A stretch of DNA of 64,000 bases from Planctomycetota bacterium (lineage in GTDB: Bacteria > Planctomycetota > JACQVV01 > JASMLP01). The stretch covers positions 1,227 to 65,226 of the forward strand of contig JASMLP010000027.1 in assembly GCA_030748635.1 (NCBI GenBank), read 5' to 3'. The position numbers and the translations under genes are program-made. The notes under the pieces are model-generated. The model was not told where the DNA came from. It ran no database searches and saw only the letters and a list, made by a program, of their open reading frames with translations. Positions 10,881-21,387 of the stretch are shown here, in pieces. Each line of letters opens with the position of its first letter. The first letter of the stretch is position 1.

Positions 10881-12316
10881 CGGGAAGATCTCCGGGTTCG
10901 GAGAAAACGGATGATGTGCCACCAGGGACCTTCGGTCCTCTCGACATCGCTCCAGGCAAAGAAGAATATGCCCAGTAGAAGGGCTGCGGCTGAATAAGCG
11001 ACACAGGTCCCAGTGAGTTGCCAGAGGAGCTCGGCCGGAATGGAGACACCGTTGGTTACGGTATCGGTGAGTCGAAACCGGGTGAAGTCGGGTATCCAGG
11101 TCGCGATGCCGTCAAGGAGGTCCGCAAGGTAATTGGTTCCGTGATCATGTCCTTCATGTCCGGAGGATGAATGGGCGTGGTCGTGGCCCTGATCCGCTTT
11201 CTCGAGGAGTTGGCGAAACGCACGTTCGAGTGTCATCTCTCCGTGACGAACCTGGCGGGCCAGGGTTTGCATGAGGGTGACACAATGGCCGATGATGAAG
11301 CCTGTTAGGCCCACTAAAACGCTCACAGGTCCAGAGAGTGTTGTGGACGCGAAGACCGTGAGCGAAATGATCAAGACAAGCATAAGAAAGCTGCCTAGGA
11401 ACGCTTTACCAAGATTCCAAGCGTGAGATTCCGCGGAAAGGTAGATTCCGATGCTTTTGGTCTGGACCAGAAGATCGAAATGAGGGTCGAGTCGGTCCAG
11501 GGCGACCGTAAGGCGTCCATCGTTGGAGATAAATCGGCGAGGGCAGAGGAGTTCGATCTCTTGCTGGTGCTGACCTCCGAAAGTGTGGAATTCCAACTCC
11601 TGAGTGCTTTGTCTTCCACTGGTGGGGTGGATGTAGCGAAGTCGCGTTCGAACGACTTCGACGTGAGTGCGGAGTGTTTTGAGAAGAGCGATCTTGAGGC
11701 GACCGATACTCTCTCCCTCCGGGATGGTGCTCGGGTCGAGATTGTCAAAGGACCAGAACGCAGTGGGATGATTGCGGTCGAGGAGGTGAAGATCGGGACG
11801 TTTTCCGAGTGTTTGGCGGATCGATTGGGCTTGGGGGGCCTGGTCGGACGAATCCTCTTCATCAGGAAGAGACAGTGACGGGATGTCCATGGATTGGGCT
11901 CCCACCATCTGGCGAGCTTTCGGGATGGAGTCATGGGGGTGCAGGAGCCAGATCGAAAGGATCGTGGATAGCCAGGTGACCAGGACAATGCCACCGATTA
12001 CCGTGATATAGCCGATCCACTTTCCAAGAACGAATTCGTGGGATCGCACGGGTTTTGTGAGAATGGTAAAAGCGCGTCGGTCCCCAACCTCTTCCGGGAT
12101 TCCGAAAGCTGACAGAAAAATGGCGATCAGCATGCCGAAGAAGGTTGTCCAGCCCAAGGAAATCGAGTCCACCAATTTGATCCGATCTGAAGCCTGGACG
12201 ACGGGTAAGAAGAATGCGGAGGAAGCGAGGGATGCTAGCAGGAGCAAGAAAACGATGAAGATTTTCTTTCGCACCGCATCGAGGACGGTTAATTGGGCCA
12301 AGGCCAAGATCTTCAC
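10877..12316 (-). CDS. ABC-2-type transporter permease with a large extracytoplasmic insert and a His-rich loop
   Basis: [30 protein letters not shown] motif; several TM helices; [15 protein letters not shown]. Confidence 0.85.
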   Translation of the reverse strand: MKILALAQLTVLDAVRKKIFIVFLLLLASLASSAFFLPVVQASDRIKLVDSISLGWTTFFGMLIAIFLSAFGIPEEVGDRRAFTILTKPVRSHEFVLGKWIGYITVIGGIVLVTWLSTILSIWLLHPHDSIPKARQMVGAQSMDIPSLSLPDEEDSSDQAPQAQSIRQTLGKRPDLHLLDRNHPTAFWSFDNLDPSTIPEGESIGRLKIALLKTLRTHVEVVRTRLRYIHPTSGRQSTQELEFHTFGGQHQQEIELLCPRRFISNDGRLTVALDRLDPHFDLLVQTKSIGIYLSAESHAWNLGKAFLGSFLMLVLIISLTVFASTTLSGPVSVLVGLTGFIIGHCVTLMQTLARQVRHGEMTLERAFRQLLEKADQGHDHAHSSSGHEGHDHGTNYLADLLDGIATWIPDFTRFRLTDTVTNGVSIPAELLWQLTGTCVAYSAAALLLGIFFFAWSDVERTEGPWWHIIRFLRTRRSSR

Positions 12317-13218
12317 GATTTGCTTTCCGGATTTTCCGAAGAGATAGGCTCCGATTTTTCGGAGGTATTCTTTTCAACGATACTCACGAAAAGTTCCTCG
12401 AGGCTGACTCGTGGGTGCTTGATCTCAAGCACTTCGTGTCCGGTGGATTCAATCGCTTGGCGAACGCTTTCGTTCGTTTGGTTTTCGGTCCGACGAAGCC
12501 GGATTTCAATCTCGTCGCGAACCGCGAGGAGTTCATCGACCGGACCTGAGACCTCGAGTATCCCGGTTTTTAGTATCGCGATCTCGTTACAAACTTCTTC
12601 TACGTCGGCGAGAAGATGACTACACAGGAGAACCGTTTTATTCTGATCCCGGAGCCGAAGGATCAAGTCTTTGACTTCACGAGTACCCACTGGATCCATT
12701 CCGGAAGTGGGTTCGTCGAGAAGAATCAGCTCGGGGTCGTTGATCAACGCTTGAGCTAGACCTATGCGTCGGGACATCCCCTTGGAAAATTCACGAAGTG
12801 GCTGCTTGCGGGCATGAGCTAGCCCGACCATATCGATGAGCTCAGCAGCTCGCCGCCGCCGCTCTCGTCGGGGGATGCGGAAGAGGCGACCATAGAAATC
12901 GAGCGTTTCTTCTGCATTGAGGAAACGATAGAGATAGCTCTCTTCTGGGAGGTATCCGATTCGAGCCTTGGCCTGGACGCTGCGGGGAGATTGTCCCAGA
13001 ACATGAACTTGTCCCGATGTGGGGAACACGAGACCCAGCAGGATTTTGATGGTAGTCGTTTTGCCGCTACCGTTGGGCCCGAGCAGGCCAAAAATTTCTC
13101 CTGACCTCACTTCGATGGAAAGGTTTTGCAGCGCTTGCACCTTGTCTCGACCCCAGAAGTCTCGATATTTTTTCTGAAGATTTTGGGTCCGAATAGCCAG
13201 TTTATCTGAGTTTTTCAT
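12313..13218 (-). CDS. ABC transporter ATP-binding protein
   Basis: Walker [10 protein letters not shown], signature FSKGM, Walker [10 protein letters not shown]-loop SH. Confidence 0.95.
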   Translation of the reverse strand: MKNSDKLAIRTQNLQKKYRDFWGRDKVQALQNLSIEVRSGEIFGLLGPNGSGKTTTIKILLGLVFPTSGQVHVLGQSPRSVQAKARIGYLPEESYLYRFLNAEETLDFYGRLFRIPRRERRRRAAELIDMVGLAHARKQPLREFSKGMSRRIGLAQALINDPELILLDEPTSGMDPVGTREVKDLILRLRDQNKTVLLCSHLLADVEEVCNEIAILKTGILEVSGPVDELLAVRDEIEIRLRRTENQTNESVRQAIESTGHEVLEIKHPRVSLEELFVSIVEKNTSEKSEPISSENPESKS

Positions 13219-13283
13219 TGGCTAAGTCATTCATTGCCAAGTGAATGGGGATGGGTCGTCGAGTGCATTGAGAACGGGCGGTT

Positions 13284-13311
13284 AGTATAGAATCCCCTCT
13301 CTAAGGTTCAA
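13284..13311 (-). promoter_or_regulatory. Putative sigma70 promoter for the ABC operon
   Basis: Minus strand TTGAAC-N16-TATACT, about 65 bp upstream of the ATPase start. Confidence 0.45.
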
Positions 13312-13344
13312 GGGGCATTCTTCCCAAGGAGAAGCGGCAGGCAG

Positions 13345-13372
13345 TTGACAGGCTCATCCCGACCTCTATTAT
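13345..13372 (+). promoter_or_regulatory. Putative sigma70 promoter for sodA
   Basis: TTGACA-N16-TATTAT. Confidence 0.6.
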
Positions 13373-13466
13373 CGGCCTTTCATATTTCCTGTTGGAGTCG
13401 AAGACGACTCGCACTCCAGGATGTCCTTATATCTCAGCACCCTAAAGATTAAAGAAGGGATCTACC

Positions 13467-14096
13467 ATGGCTCATCAACTTCCCGAACTTCCCTATGCGC
13501 ATGACGCTCTCGAACCGCACATCGATCAACGAACGATGGAAATTCATCACGGGAAACACCATAACGCCTATGTTACAAACGTGAACAAGGCGCTTGAAGG
13601 CCACGACGATCTTGCCGCCCTTTCGATCGAGGATCTTGTTTCCGACCTTTCGGCTGTTCCTGAAGCTATTCGGGGTGCGGTACGGAACAATGGCGGGGGG
13701 CATGCTAACCATAGCCTTTTTTGGTCGGTCATGGGGCCGGGAGCGGGTGGAAGTCCAGAGGGAGACCTCGCGGCAGCTATCGATAGCGCTTTCGGTAGTT
13801 TTGACGCTTTTCAGGAATCTTTCGCCAAGGCCGCGGCGACACGGTTTGGCAGCGGCTGGGCCTGGCTTTGTTGTTCGGCCGATGGGTCCCTTTGCGTTTG
13901 CTCGACTCCAAATCAAGACAGCCCTTTGATGCGGGGAGTGGCCGAATGCCCAGGAACTCCGATTTTGGGGCTGGATGTCTGGGAGCATGCGTACTATCTC
14001 AATTACCAGAATCGGCGACCGGATTACGTGGCTGCGTTCTGGAACGTTGTGGACTGGTCCAAGGTCGCAGAACGTTACCAGGCAGCGCGTTCCTGA
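13467..14096 (+). CDS. sodA: Superoxide dismutase, Mn/Fe family (Mn-type signature)
   Basis: [34 protein letters not shown]. Confidence 0.97.
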   Translation: MAHQLPELPYAHDALEPHIDQRTMEIHHGKHHNAYVTNVNKALEGHDDLAALSIEDLVSDLSAVPEAIRGAVRNNGGGHANHSLFWSVMGPGAGGSPEGDLAAAIDSAFGSFDAFQESFAKAAATRFGSGWAWLCCSADGSLCVCSTPNQDSPLMRGVAECPGTPILGLDVWEHAYYLNYQNRRPDYVAAFWNVVDWSKVAERYQAARS

Positions 14097-14117
14097 TCGA
14101 CTGGGACTGGGTGATGA

Positions 14118-14152
14118 GGAAAGACCGGGTGAACGATCGCCCGGTCTTTTTC
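14118..14152 (+). terminator. Rho-independent terminator after sodA
   Basis: AAAGACCGGG...CCCGGTCTTT hairpin followed by a T run. Confidence 0.85.
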
Positions 14153-14285
14153 AATGCTTGCCACCTCTCAAGTAATTCATTCGATATTTTTTTGGTTGGA
14201 GGAATTCCGTCGGATCCGGATGGGTCGCTGGATATGCTGAACGAATGAAGTGGGTTTTCTGAGTGAAAAGGGTGTTGTCATTTCT

Positions 14286-17200
14286 ATGAATCTAAAGATC
14301 TTGGGGTTTCTTGGGTTTGTTTACACATGTCTGATGGGGTCTCCAGGCCTTTGGGGGGAATCCATCCGTTTTCCCCGTCATCCAGCCCTTTCGCCAGATG
14401 GCCAGTGGGCTTACTTCGATTCCGATGGAGATTTGTGGCGTGTCTCCTCGAGCGGAGGGCGAGCTGAACGACTGACGGCACATGGGGCTCATGATCGGCG
14501 TCCGATGATTTCGCCGGATGGGAAATGGATCGCTTTCGAGTCCCATCGGCATGGGAGCTGGGATCTCTATCTCATGCCTGTAGAAGGGGGACCCGTTCGT
14601 CGACTCACGTGGCATTCGGAAACCGAGAGATTGGCCTCTTGGTGGCCCGATTCGAGTGGGATTTTGTTTACGGCTAGGCGTGGATACTCCCATGCGAAGC
14701 GTTTTCACTTTCTGCTTCCGCTCGATGGGAGTCCAGCGACTCGGATGCTGGCCGCGGACGGTTTTCTCGCCGCGGTGGCTCCTGATCAAGACCGAATCGC
14801 TTTTGTCAGAGGGGGGACGCCCTGGTGGCGTGAAAGATATCGAGGCAGTGCGGACCGTGATTTATGGATCTGGACACGCTCCTCGAATACGTACGAACTG
14901 ATTACTGATAATGATGCGGATGATGCGTATCCGCTCTGGATGCCTGGGGGAAGAGGATTGATCTTTCTCTCCAAGAGGGGAGGAGGGGCTAATCTATGGT
15001 GTTGGCAAGAGAACGTCTCACGCCCCTTGACCCGACATACTGCGTCCGAACGCATACGGTTTCCCTCCATGGCGTTTGGGGAAGGCTCTGTGATTTATGA
15101 ATGCGGAGAGGGGTTGGCGATACTTCCCGCGAAAGGGGGCGAACCCCGCAAACTGCGAATTCAGGGGCCGTTAGATCGTAACTCAGATGAAAGGCGACTC
15201 GTGACGGTGAATGGCGGAGTGACCGAATTCGCATTTACGCCCGACGGGAAGGGGCTGGCACTGGTGGCACGAGGTCGGCTGTTTTTGATGCCGGCACGGA
15301 AGGGAGCGCTGGCACGACAGGCGCTAGAGGGGGTGGTTGGAATCGGGGAACTGGCCTGGACTCGGAAGGGGAAGCGTCTCGTAGCGATCGCGGATCGCAT
15401 CCGGAATCCACGCTTGATGTCGTTGTCTTCGGCGTCGAAGGATTCGCTCTGGAAGTCGCTGGAGGAGTCTTCCCGTTCGATCGAACCAAGAGGGCGTTTC
15501 GTTCGCAAAGTACGACTCAGTCCGGATGGACGTCGCATGGCGCTCGCGGTCGGACGAGGGAACTTGGTGGTATGTCATGCGGATGGAACTTATGCCCAGG
15601 TTTTGTCGACCGGATTTTCACTACCTCAGTTCTGCTGGAGTCCCGATGGACGTTGGATTGCCTACACACGAGAAGATGATGATTTCAACGGTGAAGTTTA
15701 TGTTGTCTCTTCGTATGGAGGTGAACCGATCAACATCAGCCGTCATCCCGATAATGATCGAGATGTCTCCTGGTCTTCGGATGGTCGTGTTCTCGCTTTT
15801 TCCAGCCGTCGGTCTGGCGACGATTATGACATCTGGTACCTTTTTCTTTCTCGAGAAGATGAAGAGAGGACCGGACGGGAGTGGAAGGAGAGTCAGGAGA
15901 CCAAAAAGAAGTCTGTTCGGGACAAGAAGCGGGGAAAAAAGGGAGCACTGGTTTCCATCGATCTGGAGGGGCTCTGGCGCCGACTGCGTCGGGGGACTCG
16001 AATGCTTGGAAATGAACGTTCTCCCGCGATTCGTCCGGATGGAAAACAGATCGTCTTTCGCGCGGCGCCGGAAGGGAAATCGGATCTTTACCAGGTTTCT
16101 TTGCCGCAACCGGGTACGCCGAAGGCTCTCACTCGTGGCGGTGTGAATCCTTCGGGAATCCGGTGGTCACCCGATGGAAAATGGGTGAGATTTCTAGGGC
16201 GAGCGGGAGTTTCCTGGCTGCCGGCAGCCGGGGGGGCGGTCCAGTCACGTTCCTGGAGCGCTCGAATTTGGGAGGATCCCGTATCTGAACGACTTCAGGT
16301 ATTCGAAGAGGCTTGGGCTGCGATTCATTCGAACTTTTACGATCCAGGTTTTCATGGAAGAGACTGGGCAAAAGATCGGGAGCGCTACCGGGAGATGATA
16401 AGCGCCGTCGGAACGGAAGCCGATTTCAAGGATGTCATTCGGATGATGCTCGGGGAACTCAATGCCAGTCATGTGGGTATCTCCAGTTCTTCTCCAAGCG
16501 GTAACGAAACCGGTGAATTGGGAGTTCACTTTGTTCCGGACCCTCAGGGTCGTGGATTGAAGGTTACGCAGGTGATCTCAAAATCACCCGCGACCCGTCT
16601 GGGTTCTACCCTGGAGGTGGGGGATACGATGATCGCCCTCGAGGGAACTCCTCTGGTCGAATCCGGTCAGTGGAAGAACATCTATAGTTTGCTCGAAGGT
16701 ACGGTGGGGAGACCTCTTCGTCTTCAAGTTGTCGGGCGAGACGGGACGAGTCGGCAAATAGTGATCGAGCCGATCGGGGCGGGGACCTTGCGCCAACATC
16801 TTTATCGAGAAGATATCGATCATCGGCGAAAACGGGTGAACACACTTTCTCAGGGGCGACTTGCATATATCCATGTGCCGGCCATGAATTCCACCAGTCT
16901 CGAGGATTTTGAACGGGATCTTGTCGCCGTGGCACACGGAAAAGAAGGGTTGATTTTGGACGTTCGAGATAATGGAGGAGGATGGACAACGGACTATCTA
17001 CTCACCATGTTGACCGTCAAGTCGCACGCTTTCACAGTGCCTCGGGGTGGTGGCCGCGGATACCCGCAAGGACGATTGCCCTTTTACGCGTGGCGAAAGC
17101 CGATCGTTGTGATTTGCAATGAAGAAAGTTTCAGCAACGCTGAAATTTTCAGCCACGCTATCCAGAGTCTCGGTCGAGGTCTTGTTGTGGGTCAACCCAC

Positions 17201-17420
17201 ATTCGGAGGCGTGATTTCGACCGGGCGAATTCGCCTGAGCGATGGGAGTTCTCTACGCCTCCCGTTTCGAGGTTGGTACCTCGCCAAGAATGGTCGCAAT
17301 ATGGAAAATGGTGGGGCGATTCCGGATGTCCTGGTGGAAAATAGGCCCGGGGAAGAAACTCGGGGAGTGGATCGGCAATTGAAGCGTTCGGTTGAAGTTC
17401 TTCTCGAGCAGTTACGCTAA
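14286..17420 (+). CDS. Tricorn-like S41 protease (PD40 beta-propellers, PDZ, catalytic domain), secreted
   Basis: Signal peptide; repeated SPDG motifs; ELNASH; DVRDNGGG; SFSNAEIF (catalytic Ser); GGAIPDV. Confidence 0.92.
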   Translation: MNLKILGFLGFVYTCLMGSPGLWGESIRFPRHPALSPDGQWAYFDSDGDLWRVSSSGGRAERLTAHGAHDRRPMISPDGKWIAFESHRHGSWDLYLMPVEGGPVRRLTWHSETERLASWWPDSSGILFTARRGYSHAKRFHFLLPLDGSPATRMLAADGFLAAVAPDQDRIAFVRGGTPWWRERYRGSADRDLWIWTRSSNTYELITDNDADDAYPLWMPGGRGLIFLSKRGGGANLWCWQENVSRPLTRHTASERIRFPSMAFGEGSVIYECGEGLAILPAKGGEPRKLRIQGPLDRNSDERRLVTVNGGVTEFAFTPDGKGLALVARGRLFLMPARKGALARQALEGVVGIGELAWTRKGKRLVAIADRIRNPRLMSLSSASKDSLWKSLEESSRSIEPRGRFVRKVRLSPDGRRMALAVGRGNLVVCHADGTYAQVLSTGFSLPQFCWSPDGRWIAYTREDDDFNGEVYVVSSYGGEPINISRHPDNDRDVSWSSDGRVLAFSSRRSGDDYDIWYLFLSREDEERTGREWKESQETKKKSVRDKKRGKKGALVSIDLEGLWRRLRRGTRMLGNERSPAIRPDGKQIVFRAAPEGKSDLYQVSLPQPGTPKALTRGGVNPSGIRWSPDGKWVRFLGRAGVSWLPAAGGAVQSRSWSARIWEDPVSERLQVFEEAWAAIHSNFYDPGFHGRDWAKDRERYREMISAVGTEADFKDVIRMMLGELNASHVGISSSSPSGNETGELGVHFVPDPQGRGLKVTQVISKSPATRLGSTLEVGDTMIALEGTPLVESGQWKNIYSLLEGTVGRPLRLQVVGRDGTSRQIVIEPIGAGTLRQHLYREDIDHRRKRVNTLSQGRLAYIHVPAMNSTSLEDFERDLVAVAHGKEGLILDVRDNGGGWTTDYLLTMLTVKSHAFTVPRGGGRGYPQGRLPFYAWRKPIVVICNEESFSNAEIFSHAIQSLGRGLVVGQPTFGGVISTGRIRLSDGSSLRLPFRGWYLAKNGRNMENGGAIPDVLVENRPGEETRGVDRQLKRSVEVLLEQLR

Positions 17421-17441
17421 GCCTGAGTCGCGGGATGGAAG

Positions 17442-19007
17442 TCAACGAGGACTAAAAGTGGACTCGATCTGATCGAACTCCTTGGCGACCTGGGACCACA
17501 TCTCTTCGACTGATCGCATGTCGAAAACATAGACGTAATCTCCTTCGCGAACGATGGCCACTCGGTGACGTACTCTCGGCCCGTTGGAGTCGCGTTGACT
17601 TCGGAAAAGGATTTCGACGGCCGGCTTCCCCGCGTATTTGGAACGGGACTGCCGGGATTCCTTCATGTTGTCTCCCAGAGTTTCCTGAATCGCTTCGTGG
17701 TACTGCCGGGCGATCTCTTCGATCTTTGTCGTGGAGTCGGTATGAATATCGATCCCGAATCCAGCGTATTCATCTTTATGCATGAAACGGATCACTTCGG
17801 AGGTGTCTTGCATCTCGTGCTTGGTAAGAGACCATTTGTCGGTAACCTTGACCGGAATGGGGCCTTTGGGACCTGAAGCGTTTTTGAGTGCGTCGTTTTG
17901 TTTCTCAGTCGAAGTTCTGTCCCAGTCGAAGGTGCCGGCGATCTCGAACATGTCGTTCTGGAGGGAGTCCCAGAGGCCAAGAGGGCAGGCGATGATCACC
18001 AGAAACCACCGATTTTTGTCCTGGAAGAGAACAAATCGTTGTTGAAGGGATTGGCCCTGAATGGTGGCTTGGAATGTGAGTTGAGTCGATTCTCTCCCTC
18101 CAAAGGTGCTCTTCTCGATCTTGCTGTTTTCTAATTTACCTCCAAATTGCTGGCTCGAAGCTTGACGGATCTGTTCCAGAAGCATTTCCGGTGCGACCGA
18201 ATCGAGTGGGCTAAGAGTCGCAACGACACGGGCTTCACTGTTGTGAGCCAGGCCGTAGCAGACCATCCCCTGTTCCATGGGCTGGGTGACCGGGGTCCAG
18301 GAATCGTTAGGAGGGAGGAAGGGAAGGCGGTCCTTTTTCTGATCCATAGGGCCTGGGTCTCGACCTGTCATCTGACGGAGGACTTTGCGAGTGCCTTTTT
18401 CCGGATTGGTCCAGGACTCCGGAGGTTTCGGAGGACTCATGGCTACAAAGCGAGAGGCGTTCCCTTTCCACCAGGACTTCCAGGTTTCGATGGCTGACGC
18501 TAGCGAGGTTTCATCGTCTTCGATGGAATAAGATGATTTGGCTTCGATGATGTTTTCTAACGCTTCGACCGCCCGTTTTCGAACCATGGGGTGTTTGTCG
18601 TTCAGTGCGCGCACAAGAAAGGGGACGGTCGACTGGTGGCCGATGCGACCCCATGCCAGGCAGATCGCGCTCTTGAGCCACCACTCCGTCTCTTGATCCC
18701 GAAATAGGCTTTCCATCGGTCCGATGGCCGACGATGTTTTCAGGTTGCCAATTTTTTGAATCAGGTAAAAACGGACGATGGGGTCGTCGATGCGGAGTCC
18801 TCGAACGAGAGGCTCACCGGCACTGTTATCTTGAATGCCCATGAGGTGAACGAGAAGCATGGTTGTCATCTGGGGGGAGATCTGGCCTTTGGCCTTTTCC
18901 AGAAAGACGACGATTTGAAGGGCTTTGTCCCGGTCGGAACCCTGCTGAGCAGGCGATGGGTGAATGGTGGCAAGGAAACCGATCAGGAGCCAAAGAAAAC
19001 ATTTCAT
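17442..19007 (-). CDS. Exported HEAT-repeat protein with two C-terminal PsbP/DcrB-like beta domains
   Basis: Signal peptide MKCFLWLLIG...AQQ; HEAT repeats (LNDKHPMVRKRAVEAL); two repeated units ending FEIAGTF and FDQIESTF. Confidence 0.6.
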   Translation of the reverse strand: MKCFLWLLIGFLATIHPSPAQQGSDRDKALQIVVFLEKAKGQISPQMTTMLLVHLMGIQDNSAGEPLVRGLRIDDPIVRFYLIQKIGNLKTSSAIGPMESLFRDQETEWWLKSAICLAWGRIGHQSTVPFLVRALNDKHPMVRKRAVEALENIIEAKSSYSIEDDETSLASAIETWKSWWKGNASRFVAMSPPKPPESWTNPEKGTRKVLRQMTGRDPGPMDQKKDRLPFLPPNDSWTPVTQPMEQGMVCYGLAHNSEARVVATLSPLDSVAPEMLLEQIRQASSQQFGGKLENSKIEKSTFGGRESTQLTFQATIQGQSLQQRFVLFQDKNRWFLVIIACPLGLWDSLQNDMFEIAGTFDWDRTSTEKQNDALKNASGPKGPIPVKVTDKWSLTKHEMQDTSEVIRFMHKDEYAGFGIDIHTDSTTKIEEIARQYHEAIQETLGDNMKESRQSRSKYAGKPAVEILFRSQRDSNGPRVRHRVAIVREGDYVYVFDMRSVEEMWSQVAKEFDQIESTFSPR

Positions 19008-19017
19008 GGGGAGAGCC

Positions 19018-20991
19018 TCAGGACCTTTCGAGGAGACGTTGAGATTCGGCAAGATCGCGGCGAGCTTCCGACAGGGTTTGATCGATCACCAGCGCTTTGC
19101 CGAAGAAGTCGCACGCTTTGGAGTATTCCTTGTTCCTCTTGTGAAGCAAACCCAATCCGTACAGGGCTTCCGCTTCGGTTTTGTCCATTTGAAGAGCTCG
19201 CTGAAACAGCGATCGCGCTCGCTTCAGATCACCCAGTTCCAGGTACGTGCGCCCCAGCCGGGATCGAGCCACGGCCATATCGGTGGGGTAGGCAGCGATG
19301 ATTAATTCTGCGGCCGCGGTGGCCAGGTCATAGGCTTTCATCTGGTTGTATAGTTTGATGCGAAACAGAAACAGGATCAGGGCGGCTCCTTTGAGTTCGG
19401 ATGTGCCGACGCTGCTTTTGAGGACCTCATCGCAGTAGGTGAGAGCTTTCTCGTATTGCTTGGCATCGTAATAGATCAAAGCTCGGTTTTGGGCGATTTG
19501 CGCCTTGATCCCGGCTTTTTGTTGCATGCTGGGCGATTTGTCCGCGTGGTCGAGCGCTTTGAGAGCTTTGTCGTATTTTCGGAGTCCTCGGTACGCCATG
19601 GCTTGTACCAGGTAGGTGTCAGCTGTTTTCTCCCATCGCAATACCTGCTCGATGTCGGAGAGCGCTTTGCGGAAGTCGCCGTGACAGTTCATCCAGTAGT
19701 GGGCTCGGTTTCGCAGAGTCAATCCCGATCGTGGGAAGAACTTGACACTTTGAGCCAGGTGGGATTCGATTTTCTCGTAGGCGACCTTGCGGACTTCGGG
19801 GTCGGTGACTTTCTGGATCTTGGTGTATTCGAGGCTACTTTGATTTCCGTAAATCATGGCCACGACCTGCTTTTTGGTGAGATTGGCCATATGAGCCTTC
19901 TCTCTGCGGGCGAGATCGGTGATGGCGTAATTTTCGATATATGTGCTACCGGGAACAATCTGGCCGGCGCGGGACATCTCGAGGATTTTTTCTAATCCAC
20001 CGGACTGGTAGATACGCTTCATCTCCTCTTGGCTCATGTCTACGGGGGGAATGTGCAAGGTTTCGATGTTGAGGCGTTCTGTCGGGCAGTCCCATCGGAC
20101 GAAAATATGCTGTGGCGCACTGACTCCGTAGATTGGTAGTTTTTCACCTCGCCAATGGATGCGTTCAGCGAGGACGATCCAGAGAGTGGAAAGGCCTAGG
20201 CAATATCCTTGCTGTCCATCGATAACCATGTCGAGGAAGAGATTCGCTGGATCCCACGCATTTTGGCTCGATTTGTAATTCAGTTCATCGTACAGGTAGT
20301 GATTGATGGTCTTGATCACTTCGCGAGGATTCATCGAATCGTTGATCCGTTTCTGTATGGATCGGGCCATTTTGTCGAGCTGCTTCAGGTAAGATTCGAC
20401 TTGGACTTTGTGATCAAAGGTCGACTGGCTGTACTGATCGGAGATCATCAGGGCGGTTCTGGCCAGGTCAAAATCTTTTTCGGACCGTTCGAGTAGAGAT
20501 TCAAGGGTTAGAGCCTCATCGACGTCACTTTTAGTTTTCTGACTTGAGGTGTCCAGAGTGCTGGTACTTGCCGGCGGGGTGGTCAGGTCGACTCGACGGT
20601 TGGCGCCTTGGTTGAGGAATACCGCAGTCGCTATCAGGATGAAAGCTACGACAAGAGTTCCGACGCCGATCCACAGGCTACGGTTCGAGGAGGCCTTGGG
20701 GGCGGTACTCTTCCGGCCACGCCGTTCCTCGCTTGTACGTACCTCGGAACCTTTTCTGTGCCGTCGGGTCTCATTCTTTCGGGATGGCAGGGCCGGTTCT
20801 TCTCTCTTGGCTTTTCGATCGGGAGCACCTTTCGGGGCTCGCTTGGCGGAGGTCTTGGGGACGGGAGTTGGTGGAGGGGATTCGGCTGGGATGGAGATCG
20901 GTTCTGAGCATCGTGGGCATTTGATGCGTCGGCCGGGCATGGCGGTTTTGAGGCGAAATTTGCCCTGACATGAGTTGCAGACGATAACCAT
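19018..20991 (-). CDS. Zn-ribbon, TM, transglutaminase-like (SirB1/Transglut_core2) and TPR protein
   Basis: CNSC/CPRC; TM; LFLDMVID...GYCLGLS, PQHIFVRW, NIE; C-terminal TPRs. Confidence 0.8.
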   Translation of the reverse strand: MVIVCNSCQGKFRLKTAMPGRRIKCPRCSEPISIPAESPPPTPVPKTSAKRAPKGAPDRKAKREEPALPSRKNETRRHRKGSEVRTSEERRGRKSTAPKASSNRSLWIGVGTLVVAFILIATAVFLNQGANRRVDLTTPPASTSTLDTSSQKTKSDVDEALTLESLLERSEKDFDLARTALMISDQYSQSTFDHKVQVESYLKQLDKMARSIQKRINDSMNPREVIKTINHYLYDELNYKSSQNAWDPANLFLDMVIDGQQGYCLGLSTLWIVLAERIHWRGEKLPIYGVSAPQHIFVRWDCPTERLNIETLHIPPVDMSQEEMKRIYQSGGLEKILEMSRAGQIVPGSTYIENYAITDLARREKAHMANLTKKQVVAMIYGNQSSLEYTKIQKVTDPEVRKVAYEKIESHLAQSVKFFPRSGLTLRNRAHYWMNCHGDFRKALSDIEQVLRWEKTADTYLVQAMAYRGLRKYDKALKALDHADKSPSMQQKAGIKAQIAQNRALIYYDAKQYEKALTYCDEVLKSSVGTSELKGAALILFLFRIKLYNQMKAYDLATAAAELIIAAYPTDMAVARSRLGRTYLELGDLKRARSLFQRALQMDKTEAEALYGLGLLHKRNKEYSKACDFFGKALVIDQTLSEARRDLAESQRLLERS

Positions 20992-21387
20992 TCGAAATCC
21001 CTCGTACTGGATTAGATAACGTGATTAGAATTCTCGCACAGTCTGCCTAGGTCTTTAAGACCTCAATCTATAGAAAGGCCATCCTGTGAGTACGGAAAAG
21101 TTTCTCTGGTGTTGGCACATTGGGATCGTTTGGAAGAGATGCTCATCGAGGAGAGTGGGATCTCGTTGAAGGAGGAGAGCGTGGAAAGGTTTCCCAAGGG
21201 TGTGATCGGCGGCAATGGCATGGACTTCAGGCCTGGGACGAAGAGAGGCCGGAATCCTGAAGGATTGGGGTTGCTCTAAGCGGAGGGCAGGGTAGGCGTT
21301 GCGGTATTGTTAAATTTTGGTCCGATTCCTCGCTGGATGTTTCGAAGGGCCCGGAGGACGGTTTCGTGAGCGAATCCGCGCGCTTAA

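Noticed and set aside
21100-21240. TGGCAC/TGGCAT hexamers as sigma54 promoters
   Set aside because: No GC at the required GG-N10-GC spacing.
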